Source: Bacilli bacterium
Lineage (GTDB): Bacteria > Bacillota_I > Bacilli_A > RFN20 > CAG-288
Assembly: GCA_022652945.1 (NCBI GenBank)
Contig: JALCRV010000005.1
Location: forward strand, 83,512 to 147,511
Direction: 5' to 3'
DNA length: 64,000 bases
The stretch's first letter is position 1; each line of letters starts with the position of its first letter. The position numbers were made by a program, and so were the translations under genes. The notes under the pieces are model-generated. The model was not told the origin of the DNA. It saw only the letters and a program-made list of their open reading frames with translations, and made no database searches. Positions 1 through 10,465 of the stretch are shown here, one piece after another.

Positions 1-298
1 GGAAAGTCCCTCCGCTCATAATCACATCTTGCCCTTTAGCAAGATACTCATCGAGAAGTTCACGACACTGTTTTTGATATTCCTTTACGCTTAACTTATC
101 TTTTATAGAGCAGGAGCCGATCAGATGATAAGTGACACCGGAAAGTTCTTCATCGGTAGGCTTGGCGGAACCGATATGCAATTCCTTATACATCTGGAAA
201 GCATCAGCCCCGATCAAAGGCAAAGAAAATTCTCGGGCCAGCTTTAAGGCCAAAGAGGTTTTTCCGCTTGCCGTCTGACCGAGGATTACATAAATCAT
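1..298 (-). CDS. miaA: tRNA dimethylallyltransferase MiaA, N-terminal part. The gene continues beyond the window start.
   Basis: The reverse-strand translation begins MIYVILGQTASGKTSLALKLAREFSLPLIGADAFQMYKELHIGSAKPT, which includes a P-loop (GQTASGKT) typical of the MiaA N-terminus. The ATG lies at complement 298-296, immediately downstream of the mutL stop. Confidence 0.85.
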   Translation of the reverse strand, partial: MIYVILGQTASGKTSLALKLAREFSLPLIGADAFQMYKELHIGSAKPTDEELSGVTYHLIGSCSIKDKLSVKEYQKQCRELLDEYLAKGQDVIMSGGTF

Positions 299-301
299 TT
301 A

Positions 302-2149
302 TTAAAATCCCGTCCGTTTAAATAACTTTTCAATATCGTATTTGGATAGCTTGATAACCGTAGGTCGGCCATGGGGACAATTCAATGGATTCCGGCATAA
401 TGAAAGCTGTTTTATTAAAGCAACTTGTTCATCATGTGTAAGGATGTTATTAGCTTTGATCGACATTTTGCACGCTTTGGTAGCGATAGCCAGATGTTCA
501 ATTACCGCCGTATCCACCTTAGCATCTGCCAAGACTTGATTGATGATATCCCTTAAGACTGAGTCATCATCCTTTTGCGAAAGGAACTCCGGGATTTCCT
601 CTACCTTCAAGGCGCTCTTGCCAAAGGGGACAACAATGATTCCTAAATCCTCCAAGGCTTTCGCATGGGCTTCATCGCAGTTATTCATCAAGGAAGGAGT
701 AAGTTCAATCACAATCGGGAACAGAGGGACAATCCTATCGTGTTTGGTTTTGAAGTTATCCTCGCACTTTTCAAAATTGATTCTCTCCGCGGCCGCATGC
801 TGGTCTATCATATACAAGCCATCGGCGGAATCGCAGACAATATAAGTCTGCAAAACCTGCCCCACTGGGTAAATGGTTGGGAAGGAGGTCTTCTCTTCAA
901 AGAAGACAGGCTTTCTTTCTTGAAAACGATCCTCGATAAAGCCATGGGAATCTTCAACTGAAAAGCTCTTATTTTCCGCTTCCTTTTCTCCAGCAGAAAA
1001 CAACGATTCCATATTAGGCTCAACCGGCTTATTAGTTTGCTCGCTTTTTTCTTCATCTTCTTGAAACAAAGGATTAGTAAAATCCTTGGGCTCTAAGGTC
1101 TTGTTTTCTGCGACTAACTCGGTTGGCCGTGGGCTAGGAATCGAAGGCTGAGCAAAAGTCGAGCGAGTCCTGGTCAGGACTTCTTGGACTTTATCATGGA
1201 CTGAAAGAGCCAGCTGGTCTTCACAAGAAAGTCTCACTTCTTTTTTAGCCGGATGGACGTTAACGTCAACCAAAGAATAATCAACCGTAAAATGAATCAC
1301 CGTTAAAGGATATCGATTAGGTGGCAGATAATCTTTATAACCGTCGATAATAGCTTTCTGGACTTTCGGTATATATACAAAGCGGTTATTCAGAAAAGTC
1401 AGGATATTATAACGAGTCGAATAATTAATCGAAGGATGGCAGATAAAGCCTTCCGCCTCAAAGCCATCACCTTCCAACTTAAATTCTAAAGATGATTTAG
1501 CAATCTCGTTTCCGAAAATCGAAGCGATAGTCTCTAAAAGATTATCCCGTCCAGTCGTTTTGAAGATGGATTTTCCATCGAGGGAAAAAGAAAAAGAAAT
1601 CGAGGGAAAACCTAGAGCCAAATGCTCCGCCGTCTCGATTGAAGAGGCATTTTCCGTCCGATCGCTCTTCAGATATTTAAGACGAGCCGGGGTGTTATAA
1701 AAAAGCTCTTTAACCTCAAATGAGGTTCCTTTACGTAAAGCTGCATCAGAAACAGAAAGCGGTTTGCCGGGCTCAGCGTTTATTTCGGTCCCCACCCCTT
1801 GCCCTGAAGAAGTAACCATATGGACACGGCTGACCGAGGCGATCGAAGGCACCGCTTCACCACGGAAGCCTAAGGTGGTAATTCTCATCAGATCGTAGAC
1901 GGAACGAAGTTTAGAAGACGCGTGACGTTCAAAGGCTAGCAAAGCATCATCCCTTTCCATCCCCGAGCCATCATCCTTCACCGAAATCATTTCCTTACCG
2001 CCGTTATAGACGGCAATATCAATATGTTTCGAATCAGCATCAATGGAATTCTCCGCCAATTCCTTAATAACCGAAGATGGTCTTTCAATTACTTCGCCGG
2101 CGGCGATCATGTTTGCCAGGTCGGCTGACATTACCTTGATCTTGCCCAT
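302..2149 (-). CDS. mutL: DNA mismatch repair protein MutL
   Basis: The 615-aa ORF starts MGKIKVMSADLANMIAAGEVIERPSSVIKELAENSIDA, the GHKL ATPase N-terminus of MutL. It is adjacent to mutS and overlaps or abuts its stop. Confidence 0.95.
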   Translation of the reverse strand: MGKIKVMSADLANMIAAGEVIERPSSVIKELAENSIDADSKHIDIAVYNGGKEMISVKDDGSGMERDDALLAFERHASSKLRSVYDLMRITTLGFRGEAVPSIASVSRVHMVTSSGQGVGTEINAEPGKPLSVSDAALRKGTSFEVKELFYNTPARLKYLKSDRTENASSIETAEHLALGFPSISFSFSLDGKSIFKTTGRDNLLETIASIFGNEIAKSSLEFKLEGDGFEAEGFICHPSINYSTRYNILTFLNNRFVYIPKVQKAIIDGYKDYLPPNRYPLTVIHFTVDYSLVDVNVHPAKKEVRLSCEDQLALSVHDKVQEVLTRTRSTFAQPSIPSPRPTELVAENKTLEPKDFTNPLFQEDEEKSEQTNKPVEPNMESLFSAGEKEAENKSFSVEDSHGFIEDRFQERKPVFFEEKTSFPTIYPVGQVLQTYIVCDSADGLYMIDQHAAAERINFEKCEDNFKTKHDRIVPLFPIVIELTPSLMNNCDEAHAKALEDLGIIVVPFGKSALKVEEIPEFLSQKDDDSVLRDIINQVLADAKVDTAVIEHLAIATKACKMSIKANNILTHDEQVALIKQLSLCRNPLNCPHGRPTVIKLSKYDIEKLFKRTGF

Positions 2150-2150
2150 C

Positions 2151-4706
2151 TTACTTTACCTTCTTCTTTAATTCGAAAAGGAAATTCAAAGCTTCCATCG
2201 GAGACATCGTCAAAGGATCAAGACTCTTGATGGCCTCCAAGGCTTCCGTTTCTTCTTTGCTGGCTCCGCTCTCTTTAACAGGAGTCTCCAGCATAGTCTT
2301 CAACTCCGAATAATTGATCTTCTTGGCTTCCAAACGTGCGAGTATTTCTTCCGCTCTAACTAAGATCTCACTAGGTAGGCCAGCCAGTTTAGCGACGTTA
2401 ATACCGTAAGACTTATCCATCGGCCCGGGTTCAACTTTATATAAGAAAGTGATCTCCTGCCCTTCTTCTTTAACGGAGACATGGACATTATTCACAGTCG
2501 GCATATCTTGGACTAAACCCGTGATTTCATGATAGTGAGTGGAGAATAGAGTTTTAGCGTGCACGTCTTTTACGATGTATTCGATAATCGACTGAGCTAA
2601 AGCCATGCCATCGTAAGTGGCAGTCCCACGCCCGATTTCATCAAAAATCAGCAGTGAGTTCTGCGTAGCATTTCTTAACGCGCGGTTAGTCTCCGCCATC
2701 TCAACCATGAAAGTCGACTCCCCTTTTATCAAATCATCGGAAGCGCCGATTCTGGTAAAAATCGCATCAAACACATAAAGATCAGCCTTTTCAGCTGGAA
2801 CAAAGCAACCTAGCTGAGCCATAATCACCAGCAAAGCAAATTCTCTCATATAAGTGGATTTACCACCCATGTTCGGTCCGGTGATAATAAGGACTTCCAA
2901 ATCGGAAGGCATCACATAATCATTTGCAACGAAGGCTTTCTCCGGCATCGCTTTTTCGATAACCGGATGTCTCGCTTTCAGAATTTCGATTCTCTTCTCG
3001 CGATTAAAAGTCGGACGGATATAACCATTTTCCGCCGAGACTTCCGCTAAAGAGACAATCACATCGAGTTGGCTGACAGCTTGAGAAAGAAGCTGAATCT
3101 GTTCAGTGTAAGTCTTCACCTTCTCACGGAGTTCTTGGAACATCTTGTATTCCATATCGACTCTGGCTTCTTCCGCGTGCAAGATCTGCGATTCCGCATT
3201 CTTCAGTTCTTCGGTGATGAATCTTTCACCGGTGGTCATCGTCTGCTTACGTATATAACCGAATTCAGGCTTGACCTGACTTAAAGCTCCGTTGGAGACT
3301 TCAATATAATAGCCGAAGATTTTAGAGTATCCGACTTTTAAGGTATGGATACCGGTCTTTTCCTTTTCCTTGGTCTCTAAATCGACCAACCAGGCTTTAC
3401 CATCGGTTGCCATCTTGATGACTTCATCAAGTTTCGAATCATAGCCTAACTTAAAGATGCCGCCTTCCTTAATAGTCGGCGGGCAATCGTTAGCGATGGC
3501 CTTTTCTAAAAGATTGATTAAATCGGTGAAATCAGAAAGACCTGAGGCGATGTCATTGAAATGCGGTGAATTCAGTTTAGCTAAGGATTCTTTTAATAAA
3601 GGAGCGACTTTTAAGGAAGCCTTTAGCTGAAGCATTTCTTTGCCTGAGCAGGAATCGAAGCCGACTCTAGCGATTAAGCGATCGAGATCATAAATCTGTG
3701 CAAGCTGATCTTTCAAGTCTCCTCTGATTAAAAAGTTTTCAATTAAAGTCTGGACTTTATCCAATCTTTCCTCGATTTCCGTTTGATCAGACGAGGGCTC
3801 ATTGATATAAGTCTTTAAGAGTCTTTCCCCCATCGGGGTCTGGCAGTGATTCAATAACCAGTAAAGGCTTCCGTAAGCTCCTTCTCCGGAGATGGATTTA
3901 GTCAGTTCAAGATTAACGCGTGAAGAATGATCTAACGCCAGCACTTTAGTTAGAACTCTCGGCACCGCAGGCTTAAAATAGTCGAGATCTCTCTTCTGAG
4001 TTTCATGAAGATAATTCATTAACTTAGCGACAGCCGTCATTTGTCTTTCATCTTTGACGTATTTATATAAGGGCTCGTAGCTTAAGGAGCCTTCATCATT
4101 ATTAAAATAAGTCAGGCAGATCTTAGTCGCCGTCTTAATTGCATTAATCAAAGCCGCATCCATAGAAGTGGAGACAATTACTTCCTTGGCATCATAATTA
4201 ACCAGTTGAGCAACCACGTCTTGATATGAATGGGAAACATTCATCACATCGATTTCCCCGGTGGAAAGATCAGCGAAAGCCAAGGCATAGGTGAACTTAA
4301 AATCAATCAAGGCCGCAAGATAGTTATTGTCGGAACCTTCAATCTCTAAATTGGCCCCCGGAGTGATAATCTGGATAACATCTCTTTTAACTAGGCCTTT
4401 CGCTAGCTTAGGGTCTTCCATCTGTTCGACGATGCCGACTTTATGCCCGTTATCAAGAAGCTTCTGAACATACGCCAAATAGGCGTGATGAGGAATCCCG
4501 CACATCGGGACTCGATCTTTCTGCCCAGCGGATTTTCCCGTCAGAAAGAGTTGCAATTCCTTTGAAGCGATTTTGGCGTCATCGAAAAACATCTCATAAA
4601 AATCTCCGATGCGATACATAATTATCACATCGGGATGTTTTGATTTAACCTCGAGATACTGCTCAATCATCGGGGTATAAGTGACATTATCTTCTTTCTT
4701 GGCCAT
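2151..4706 (-). CDS. mutS: DNA mismatch repair protein MutS
   Basis: The ORF contains MAKKEDNVTYTPMIEQYLEVKSKHPDVIIMYRIGDFYEMFFDDA and a Walker A motif (GPNMGGKSTYMR). The likely true start is the second Met at complement 4706, since MAKKED is the conserved MutS N-terminus. The track ORF extends 13 codons further, to 4745. Confidence 0.95.
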   Translation of the reverse strand: MAKKEDNVTYTPMIEQYLEVKSKHPDVIIMYRIGDFYEMFFDDAKIASKELQLFLTGKSAGQKDRVPMCGIPHHAYLAYVQKLLDNGHKVGIVEQMEDPKLAKGLVKRDVIQIITPGANLEIEGSDNNYLAALIDFKFTYALAFADLSTGEIDVMNVSHSYQDVVAQLVNYDAKEVIVSTSMDAALINAIKTATKICLTYFNNDEGSLSYEPLYKYVKDERQMTAVAKLMNYLHETQKRDLDYFKPAVPRVLTKVLALDHSSRVNLELTKSISGEGAYGSLYWLLNHCQTPMGERLLKTYINEPSSDQTEIEERLDKVQTLIENFLIRGDLKDQLAQIYDLDRLIARVGFDSCSGKEMLQLKASLKVAPLLKESLAKLNSPHFNDIASGLSDFTDLINLLEKAIANDCPPTIKEGGIFKLGYDSKLDEVIKMATDGKAWLVDLETKEKEKTGIHTLKVGYSKIFGYYIEVSNGALSQVKPEFGYIRKQTMTTGERFITEELKNAESQILHAEEARVDMEYKMFQELREKVKTYTEQIQLLSQAVSQLDVIVSLAEVSAENGYIRPTFNREKRIEILKARHPVIEKAMPEKAFVANDYVMPSDLEVLIITGPNMGGKSTYMREFALLVIMAQLGCFVPAEKADLYVFDAIFTRIGASDDLIKGESTFMVEMAETNRALRNATQNSLLIFDEIGRGTATYDGMALAQSIIEYIVKDVHAKTLFSTHYHEITGLVQDMPTVNNVHVSVKEEGQEITFLYKVEPGPMDKSYGINVAKLAGLPSEILVRAEEILARLEAKKINYSELKTMLETPVKESGASKEETEALEAIKSLDPLTMSPMEALNFLFELKKKVK

Positions 4707-4814
4707 AGTTCTTGTTTTCGTTATTAGATTATACCAAAAACCCATGCCTTTTTCTTTAATAAAGAAAAAGGGGCACCGCCCCTTTAAGACAAAGATTCTT
4801 CAATCTTTAACTAA

Positions 4815-5564
4815 TCAATCATCATCTTCTTTGTCATCGTCATTCTCGTGGTTTTCGAAATAAATCTTTCTAATATGATGGTTCTTATCCCACTTGCCTG
4901 AATGAGTCAGAAAATCCATAAGCGAAGTGATCGAGTAAAAGACCGGAATAGTCAAAAAGAGAAACCAATAAGGATGCCAGAGATTCATCTGGAAGCCGAG
5001 AAATAAATAAACGCCGGAGATTAAAATCGGATAGCCACCCCAGGCCCAAGTCTTCCGGAAAATCGAATCCTCCAAGGTTGATAAACTGCAAGTGATAAAG
5101 AAAATCAGCCACAGAGGATGCCAAAGCCCGGTGATGCCTGATACAACCACATAAATCAAAATTGAACTCAGCCAGATGATTGGATCGAAGAAACGACGGA
5201 AATTAGCTCTGCGATCTAGATGGAGCTTATTGATGGCGATATCCTTTTCTTCAGGAGTTAAAGTTTCTTCATCCTCATCATCTTCTTTATTCATATCAGC
5301 CTTATTAGTTTGGGCTGCATCCTGCTTTTCTTTTTCCTGGGCGGCGATATCCTCAACGCTCTGGTCAGTCTTTAATAACTCATCAAGTGAGACACCGTAA
5401 AGCTGAGCTAAGCAGATCAGATTATCCGTATCGGGGCTCGCTTCCGCTCTTTCCCATTTAGAGACGGCTTGTCTAGATAAGCCCAGTTTGCTCGCCAACT
5501 CTTCCTGGGAAAATCCATTCTTCTTTCTTAACTCAATTAATCTATCAGCGATTTCGATGTTCAT
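4815..5564 (-). CDS. XRE-family HTH transcriptional regulator with a C-terminal multi-pass membrane domain
   Basis: The N-terminus (MNIEIADRLIELRKKNGFSQEELASKLGLSRQAVSKWERAE) is a Cro/C1-type HTH. An acidic linker follows, then 3-4 hydrophobic helices (IIWLSSILIYVVVSGITGLW..., YPILISGVYLFLGF...). Confidence 0.75.
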   Translation of the reverse strand: MNIEIADRLIELRKKNGFSQEELASKLGLSRQAVSKWERAEASPDTDNLICLAQLYGVSLDELLKTDQSVEDIAAQEKEKQDAAQTNKADMNKEDDEDEETLTPEEKDIAINKLHLDRRANFRRFFDPIIWLSSILIYVVVSGITGLWHPLWLIFFITCSLSTLEDSIFRKTWAWGGYPILISGVYLFLGFQMNLWHPYWFLFLTIPVFYSITSLMDFLTHSGKWDKNHHIRKIYFENHENDDDKEDDD

Positions 5565-5688
5565 AAAGGGCTTCTCCTTTCAACAAGACAATTATCTTTT
5601 TTTCCTGCGGTTGCGGCCACCGATTCTAGTTTGAATCGGCAGCAACCTTTGGTTGCGGCTATAAAAAGCCGGATATTATGCGGCTATT

Positions 5689-6249
5689 TTAGGACTTATT
5701 TTCCGCTTGCATTTTAAGGTAATCTTCTTTTTTCAGATAGAAACAGAGTTCATCACGGTACTCATCAAGAAAAATTACGTGTTTTTTCTTGATGGTTTTA
5801 TAGTAAGTAAGACCGCATTTAACTATGACTCTCTCGGAGCGATTATTGCCAAGGTAATGGCAGATAAAGATCATCTGGTAATCCTTCTTAGTGAAAAGAT
5901 AATCGATTAAGGCTTTGCAGGCCTCAGTCATATATCCGTGTCCCCAGTAATCTTTTGAGAGGACATAGCCGATCTCGATGGATTTCCGATCTGGGAAGTC
6001 CTTTGCGTCTGAATACTGGTGAAGACCGATGGAGCCGATAAGCTTCCCTGTCTCTTTTAAAACAATCCCGCTTTCATCCGGATCAAAAATAAAACTATTC
6101 AAAATCTCAGCTGATTCTTCCTTGGATTTATGATGAGGCCAGCCGGCGGCTTCCCCGACATCCTTTACGGAAGCATACTCATAAAAATCATTCAGATCAG
6201 TTTTCTTAAAAGGCCGTAAGACTAATCGTGGTGTTTTAATAACATCCAT
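5689..6249 (-). CDS. GNAT family N-acetyltransferase (RimJ/RimL-like)
   Basis: The 186-aa product begins RLVLRPFKKTDLNDFYEYASV and contains an IGYVLSKDYWGHGYMTEA acetyl-CoA-binding-like segment. This is the typical GNAT layout. Confidence 0.75.
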   Translation of the reverse strand: MDVIKTPRLVLRPFKKTDLNDFYEYASVKDVGEAAGWPHHKSKEESAEILNSFIFDPDESGIVLKETGKLIGSIGLHQYSDAKDFPDRKSIEIGYVLSKDYWGHGYMTEACKALIDYLFTKKDYQMIFICHYLGNNRSERVIVKCGLTYYKTIKKKHVIFLDEYRDELCFYLKKEDYLKMQAENKS

Positions 6250-6303
6250 AAGTCAAAACCCTCGCTTAATGGATATTATACAAAAAAGCGGGAGACTCGG
6301 AAT

Positions 6304-6618
6304 TTAAATTATGAACAAATCGCGAATGGATTGCTCCATCTCCTCAACTTTCTCTTTTAATTCCTGGTAGGTCACAACCAACGAATCGTTATCGTAACTA
6401 GCCTGCAGTTCCTTAATAGATTTTACTTCTGCTCCACGGGCTTCAAAGGCGATATTCTTTAAGTCCTTCTTTCGACGGACAATCTCGTTTTTTAAAGCAT
6501 TCAGCCTTTTATCTTCCTCTAAGGTTTTCTTTGCCAGAAGATATTTCTTTACGGTTTCCGTCTCCAAAAATGCCTTGGACAATTCCTTAGCATCTTCCAG
6601 AAGATTATTATTATTCAT
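6304..6618 (-). CDS. YlbF/YmcA (RicA)-like regulatory protein
   Basis: A 104-aa helical, charged protein (LEDAKELSKAFLETETVKKYLLAKKTLEEDKRLNALKNEI). It lies immediately downstream of the miaB/ymcB homolog and overlaps its stop by 8 nt, as ymcB-ymcA do in B. subtilis. The C-terminal Cys residues of canonical YmcA are absent. Confidence 0.5.
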   Translation of the reverse strand: MNNNNLLEDAKELSKAFLETETVKKYLLAKKTLEEDKRLNALKNEIVRRKKDLKNIAFEARGAEVKSIKELQASYDNDSLVVTYQELKEKVEEMEQSIRDLFII

Positions 6619-8062
6619 CGAGCAGTTCCCCGATCAGCGAATAAGTATGGGACTCGAGAATCTTTACTTTTCTGATCTGTCCGATCAAAGACGAATCGGA
6701 CTTTACATGAACTAAACGGTTATGTCTTGAATAGCCGGAAATCATTTCATCGTTTTTCTTCGAGACTGAATCGAATAAGACCTCGACGGTCTTTCCGACT
6801 TCCTTCAAGGCAGCAGCAGTCGCTTCTTTATCGATTTCATCCTTTAAAGCCATAAAGCGTTTCGACTTTTCTTCCTTGCTTACCCCATCAGGGAAAATCG
6901 CTGCCGGAGTCCCATCGCGAGGAGAATAAATAAAAGTAAAGGCATTATCATAACCGACTTCGCGGCAGACCTTTAAGGTTTCTTCAAAATCCTCTTCTGT
7001 CTCATTGGGGAAGCCGACGATAATATCGGTGGAAAGATAGATATCTGGGATATAAGAACGCAACAATTTAACTAAGGCTAAATACTTAGTTTGGTCGTAA
7101 TGCCTGTTCATCCTTTTAAGCACCTTATCAGATCCTGACTGCAAAGGCAGATGCAAGGCAGGCATGATATTCGGATAAGACGCCATGACCTTAAAAACAT
7201 CCTCGGTAAAATAAGCTGGATGCGAGGTCATAAACCTGACCCGATCAATTCCTGTCTTAGCTACCGCTTCCAACAAATTAGAAAAGGAAGTGACACCATC
7301 TTTTAAATCAAAACCGTAAGCATTCACATTCTGCCCGAGGAGAGTCACTTCTTTATATCCCTCTGCTTTTAAGCAGTTAACTTCAGCCACCACATCTTCA
7401 ATCTTCCGTGAACGTTGCCTCCCACGGGTATAAGGAACGATGCAGTAGGTGCAGAAGTTATCGCATCCGTACATGATATTAACGAAAGCCTTGTACTTAT
7501 CAAAGCGCAAGGAAGGCATCCCTTCAACGATTTCTCCTTGCTTAGACGGAACATCAAAGATCCTTTTCTCATCGGTAAGACAGGCATCCAGCAAAGTGTA
7601 AATCGAGTCGAGGTTATGGATTCCGAAAACCAGTTTGACATAAGGGAAATTATCTTTGATGAATCTCATCGGCTTTTCTTCTTGAGCCATGCAGCCGCAG
7701 ATGCCGATGATCTTCTCAGGATTATCTTCCGCACTTTTCTTCAGCCGTCCTAATTCCCCGTAAATCTTTACTTCCGCGTTCTCTCTGACCGCGCAGGTAT
7801 TGAACAAGACTAAATCAGAAATTAAAGGATCTTCTTCCTTTCGCATTTTTAGATTTTCCAAGTAAGCGGAAAGGATTTCTGAATCCCTGACGTTCGCTTG
7901 GCAGCCGGAAGTCTGAAGGCAATAAGATTTTCCTTTGGCCCAAGCCAAAAGCTTCTGGCTGGGAGAGGAAGAAGCAACCCTAGTCGGAGCTGGGGCTTTT
8001 AAATCCCTCCTTCCGGCTTGTTTTAAATCCGGAAAGGCAATAATCTCGCTTTTATTTTTCAT
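6611..8062 (-). CDS. miaB: tRNA methylthiotransferase, radical SAM, MiaB/YmcB-like
   Basis: The 483-aa product has an N-terminal MTTase domain with the motif (SYCLQTSGCQANVRDSE) and a radical-SAM motif in YGCDNFCTYCIVPYTRGRQRS. A C-terminal TRAM-like region is present. Confidence 0.85.
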   Translation of the reverse strand: MKNKSEIIAFPDLKQAGRRDLKAPAPTRVASSSPSQKLLAWAKGKSYCLQTSGCQANVRDSEILSAYLENLKMRKEEDPLISDLVLFNTCAVRENAEVKIYGELGRLKKSAEDNPEKIIGICGCMAQEEKPMRFIKDNFPYVKLVFGIHNLDSIYTLLDACLTDEKRIFDVPSKQGEIVEGMPSLRFDKYKAFVNIMYGCDNFCTYCIVPYTRGRQRSRKIEDVVAEVNCLKAEGYKEVTLLGQNVNAYGFDLKDGVTSFSNLLEAVAKTGIDRVRFMTSHPAYFTEDVFKVMASYPNIMPALHLPLQSGSDKVLKRMNRHYDQTKYLALVKLLRSYIPDIYLSTDIIVGFPNETEEDFEETLKVCREVGYDNAFTFIYSPRDGTPAAIFPDGVSKEEKSKRFMALKDEIDKEATAAALKEVGKTVEVLFDSVSKKNDEMISGYSRHNRLVHVKSDSSLIGQIRKVKILESHTYSLIGELLDE

Positions 8063-8082
8063 CTTCTTTAAAACCTTAATGA

Positions 8083-8868
8083 TCAGTCTTCAAAATAATT
8101 TATCGGCTCGATAGAACAGCAAAGTCCTGTACTCTCATCAGCTTTAACAACGACACCTGAAAGAATTCCTTTTCCCTTATCAGGCGTCTCAAAGACCGAG
8201 GGGAGACCTTTCCAAGTCCTGGTAATCACCCCTTCAGGAGAAACACCAAGAATCGAATCATAAGCCCCACACATCCCAGCATCCGAAATAAAGCCTGTTC
8301 CTAGAGGTAGGATGCGGCTATCGTTTGTCTGGACATGAGTATGAGTGCCAATCACCGCGGTGACTTTTCCATCGAAGGCCTTAGCTAAACACATTTTTTC
8401 ACCGGTGGCTTCCGCATGGAAATCCACGATATGGATATCAGCTTTTTCACCGCTAGTGATCAAATTATCTAAAGTATCGAATGGATTTAAGTCAGCTCCT
8501 TCCACAAAGACTCGACCTAAGAGATTAGTCACTCTGATTTTAATTCCGCCTACCAAGAATATCTTACTGCCATTTCCCGGTACGGAAGGATGGAGATTGG
8601 CGGGACGAACCATATCTTCATAGGAAGATGATTCAGTTATAACCTCGCTGATGCGGAAGAAATGATTACCCATCGTGATAGCATCGATGCCGCCTTTTTT
8701 CAGCTCTTTATAGTGAGTTAAAGACAACCCCTTGCCATGGGTAGCATTTTCACCGTTAGCGATCGTAAAGTCTATTTGATACTTTGCTTTGATTTCCGCA
8801 AGCTTATCCTGGACAATCTTGCGGCCAACCGGACCATCGATATCACCTAGAAAGAGAATAGTAACCAT
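8083..8868 (-). CDS. ymdB: YmdB-like metallophosphoesterase (2',3'-cyclic-nucleotide phosphodiesterase)
   Basis: The N-terminus MVTILFLGDIDGPVGRK matches the calcineurin-like phosphoesterase family. The motifs GNHFF, GTHTHVQTND and DAGMCGAYDSILG are YmdB hallmarks. The gene sits directly downstream of rny, as in B. subtilis. Confidence 0.85.
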   Translation of the reverse strand: MVTILFLGDIDGPVGRKIVQDKLAEIKAKYQIDFTIANGENATHGKGLSLTHYKELKKGGIDAITMGNHFFRISEVITESSSYEDMVRPANLHPSVPGNGSKIFLVGGIKIRVTNLLGRVFVEGADLNPFDTLDNLITSGEKADIHIVDFHAEATGEKMCLAKAFDGKVTAVIGTHTHVQTNDSRILPLGTGFISDAGMCGAYDSILGVSPEGVITRTWKGLPSVFETPDKGKGILSGVVVKADESTGLCCSIEPINYFED

Positions 8869-8878
8869 CTTTTATGAA

Positions 8879-10465
8879 TTATTTAGCAACTTCCACAGCG
8901 CGGACTTCACGGATAACCTGAACTTTAATCTGACCCGGATAAGTCATCTCAGCTTCGATCTTTTCCTTAATCTGTCTGGCTAAGGAGAAAGAATCATCAT
9001 CCGAGACTTTATCAGGGACCACCATGACTCTGACTTCACGGCCAGATTGCATCGCGTAGCAATTGGCAACGCCAGCGAAGGATTTGCAAACGGTCTCGAG
9101 CTGTTCGATACGTTGGACATAATTCTCCAAAGTCTCGGAACGGGCACCCGGACGAGCAGCCGATAAGGTATCAGCGGCCTGGACTAGGTTAGAAATGACA
9201 AACTTCGGAGGGACATCACCGTGGTGGGATTCAATGGCGTTGATGACAACTTCATTTTCCCCGAACTTCTTGGCGAGTCTGGAACCGACTTCGACGTGGC
9301 TGCCTTCAAGTTCGAAATCAGCGGATTTGCCGATATCGTGAAGCAGACCAGCACGTTTAGCTAAGGTCTGATCAAGACCTAACTCCGCAGCCATGATGCC
9401 GCTAAGAATAGCAACCTGGACGGAATGGTCCAAAGCATTCTGACCGTAAGAAGTACGATACTTCAAACGTCCGATGTAGGAGAGCAATTCGCGGTTGAAA
9501 CGGGTAAGGCCAAGTTTATTGACAGTATCCTGACCGATTCTCAAGACGTCCTCTTCAAGTTGGGCTTTGCACTTAGCGTAGATTTCTTCAATACGCCCCG
9601 GCTGAATACGGCCATCTTTAATCAGCGCTTCAAGAGTCTGTCTGGCGATTTCACGTCTGATCGGATCGAAGCAGGAAAGGGTGATAACCTCAGGGGTATC
9701 ATCGATAATGACATCGACACCCAAGAGGGACTCGAGAGATTTAATGTTGCGTCCTTCACGTCCGATAATACGTCCCTTCATATCCTCGGAAGGTAAAGTG
9801 ACCGTGGAAATAGTCTGTTCGGTCGTGACATCCTGAGAATACTTAGAAATGGCGATAGAGATAATATCCTTAGCTTTGTTATCGCATTCAGTCTCAATTT
9901 CATCAAGGCGATTCTTCTCATATTGGGAGACTTCCTTAGTCATCTTCTCTTCTTCGCGCTTCATCAGTTCATCGTGAGCTTCTTGGACGGACATCTGAGC
10001 AACTGTCTGGAGTTGATTGATGATTGCATCTAGTTTGGCCTGGACCTCAGCTTGCTTAGCAGCTAAATCAGCGGTGCGCTGTTCATAGTTGGCTTTAGCT
10101 TGGTCAAGAGCGGTTTCTTTGGTAAGCAGCAACTGATCACGACGATCGATTCCCGCTTCACGCTGATCGAGTTTCTTTTCTTCTTCAACGACTGAAGCTT
10201 TTCTTTCTTTAATATCCTGATCGGCTAAGTTCTTAAGTTCCTGAACCTGAGCCTTAGCATCGATCTTAGCATTCATCTTAATCTTCTCGGCTTGGATTTC
10301 GGCGTCTTTAAGGATCTTATCCGTGGCGACTTTAGCTCTCTTCTCTTTAAAGAAAGGAATGAAAACGACAACTAGGATACCTAAGACCAACCCGCCGATA
10401 GCGGCGAGAGCAATCCAAAGACCCAGAAGGTCGCTGGCTGCTAAAACAGAAATGTAATTTAACAT
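8879..10465 (-). CDS. rny: Ribonuclease Y
   Basis: The 528-aa product has an N-terminal membrane helix, a long coiled coil, a KH domain (MKGRIIGREGRNIKSLESLLGVDVIID) and an HD domain (LLHDIGKS...ESHHGD). Confidence 0.92.
   Translation of the reverse strand: MLNYISVLAASDLLGLWIALAAIGGLVLGILVVVFIPFFKEKRAKVATDKILKDAEIQAEKIKMNAKIDAKAQVQELKNLADQDIKERKASVVEEEKKLDQREAGIDRRDQLLLTKETALDQAKANYEQRTADLAAKQAEVQAKLDAIINQLQTVAQMSVQEAHDELMKREEEKMTKEVSQYEKNRLDEIETECDNKAKDIISIAISKYSQDVTTEQTISTVTLPSEDMKGRIIGREGRNIKSLESLLGVDVIIDDTPEVITLSCFDPIRREIARQTLEALIKDGRIQPGRIEEIYAKCKAQLEEDVLRIGQDTVNKLGLTRFNRELLSYIGRLKYRTSYGQNALDHSVQVAILSGIMAAELGLDQTLAKRAGLLHDIGKSADFELEGSHVEVGSRLAKKFGENEVVINAIESHHGDVPPKFVISNLVQAADTLSAARPGARSETLENYVQRIEQLETVCKSFAGVANCYAMQSGREVRVMVVPDKVSDDDSFSLARQIKEKIEAEMTYPGQIKVQVIREVRAVEVAK

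Noticed and set aside
342-1056. Multiple 60-110 aa ORFs antisense to mutL (342-539, 540-845, 665-961, 808-1056). Similar antisense ORFs lie inside mutS, rny, miaB, glpK, the oxidoreductases, rnr and elsewhere.
   Set aside because: They lie entirely within strongly supported genes on the opposite strand or in alternative frames. They are typical spurious six-frame ORFs.
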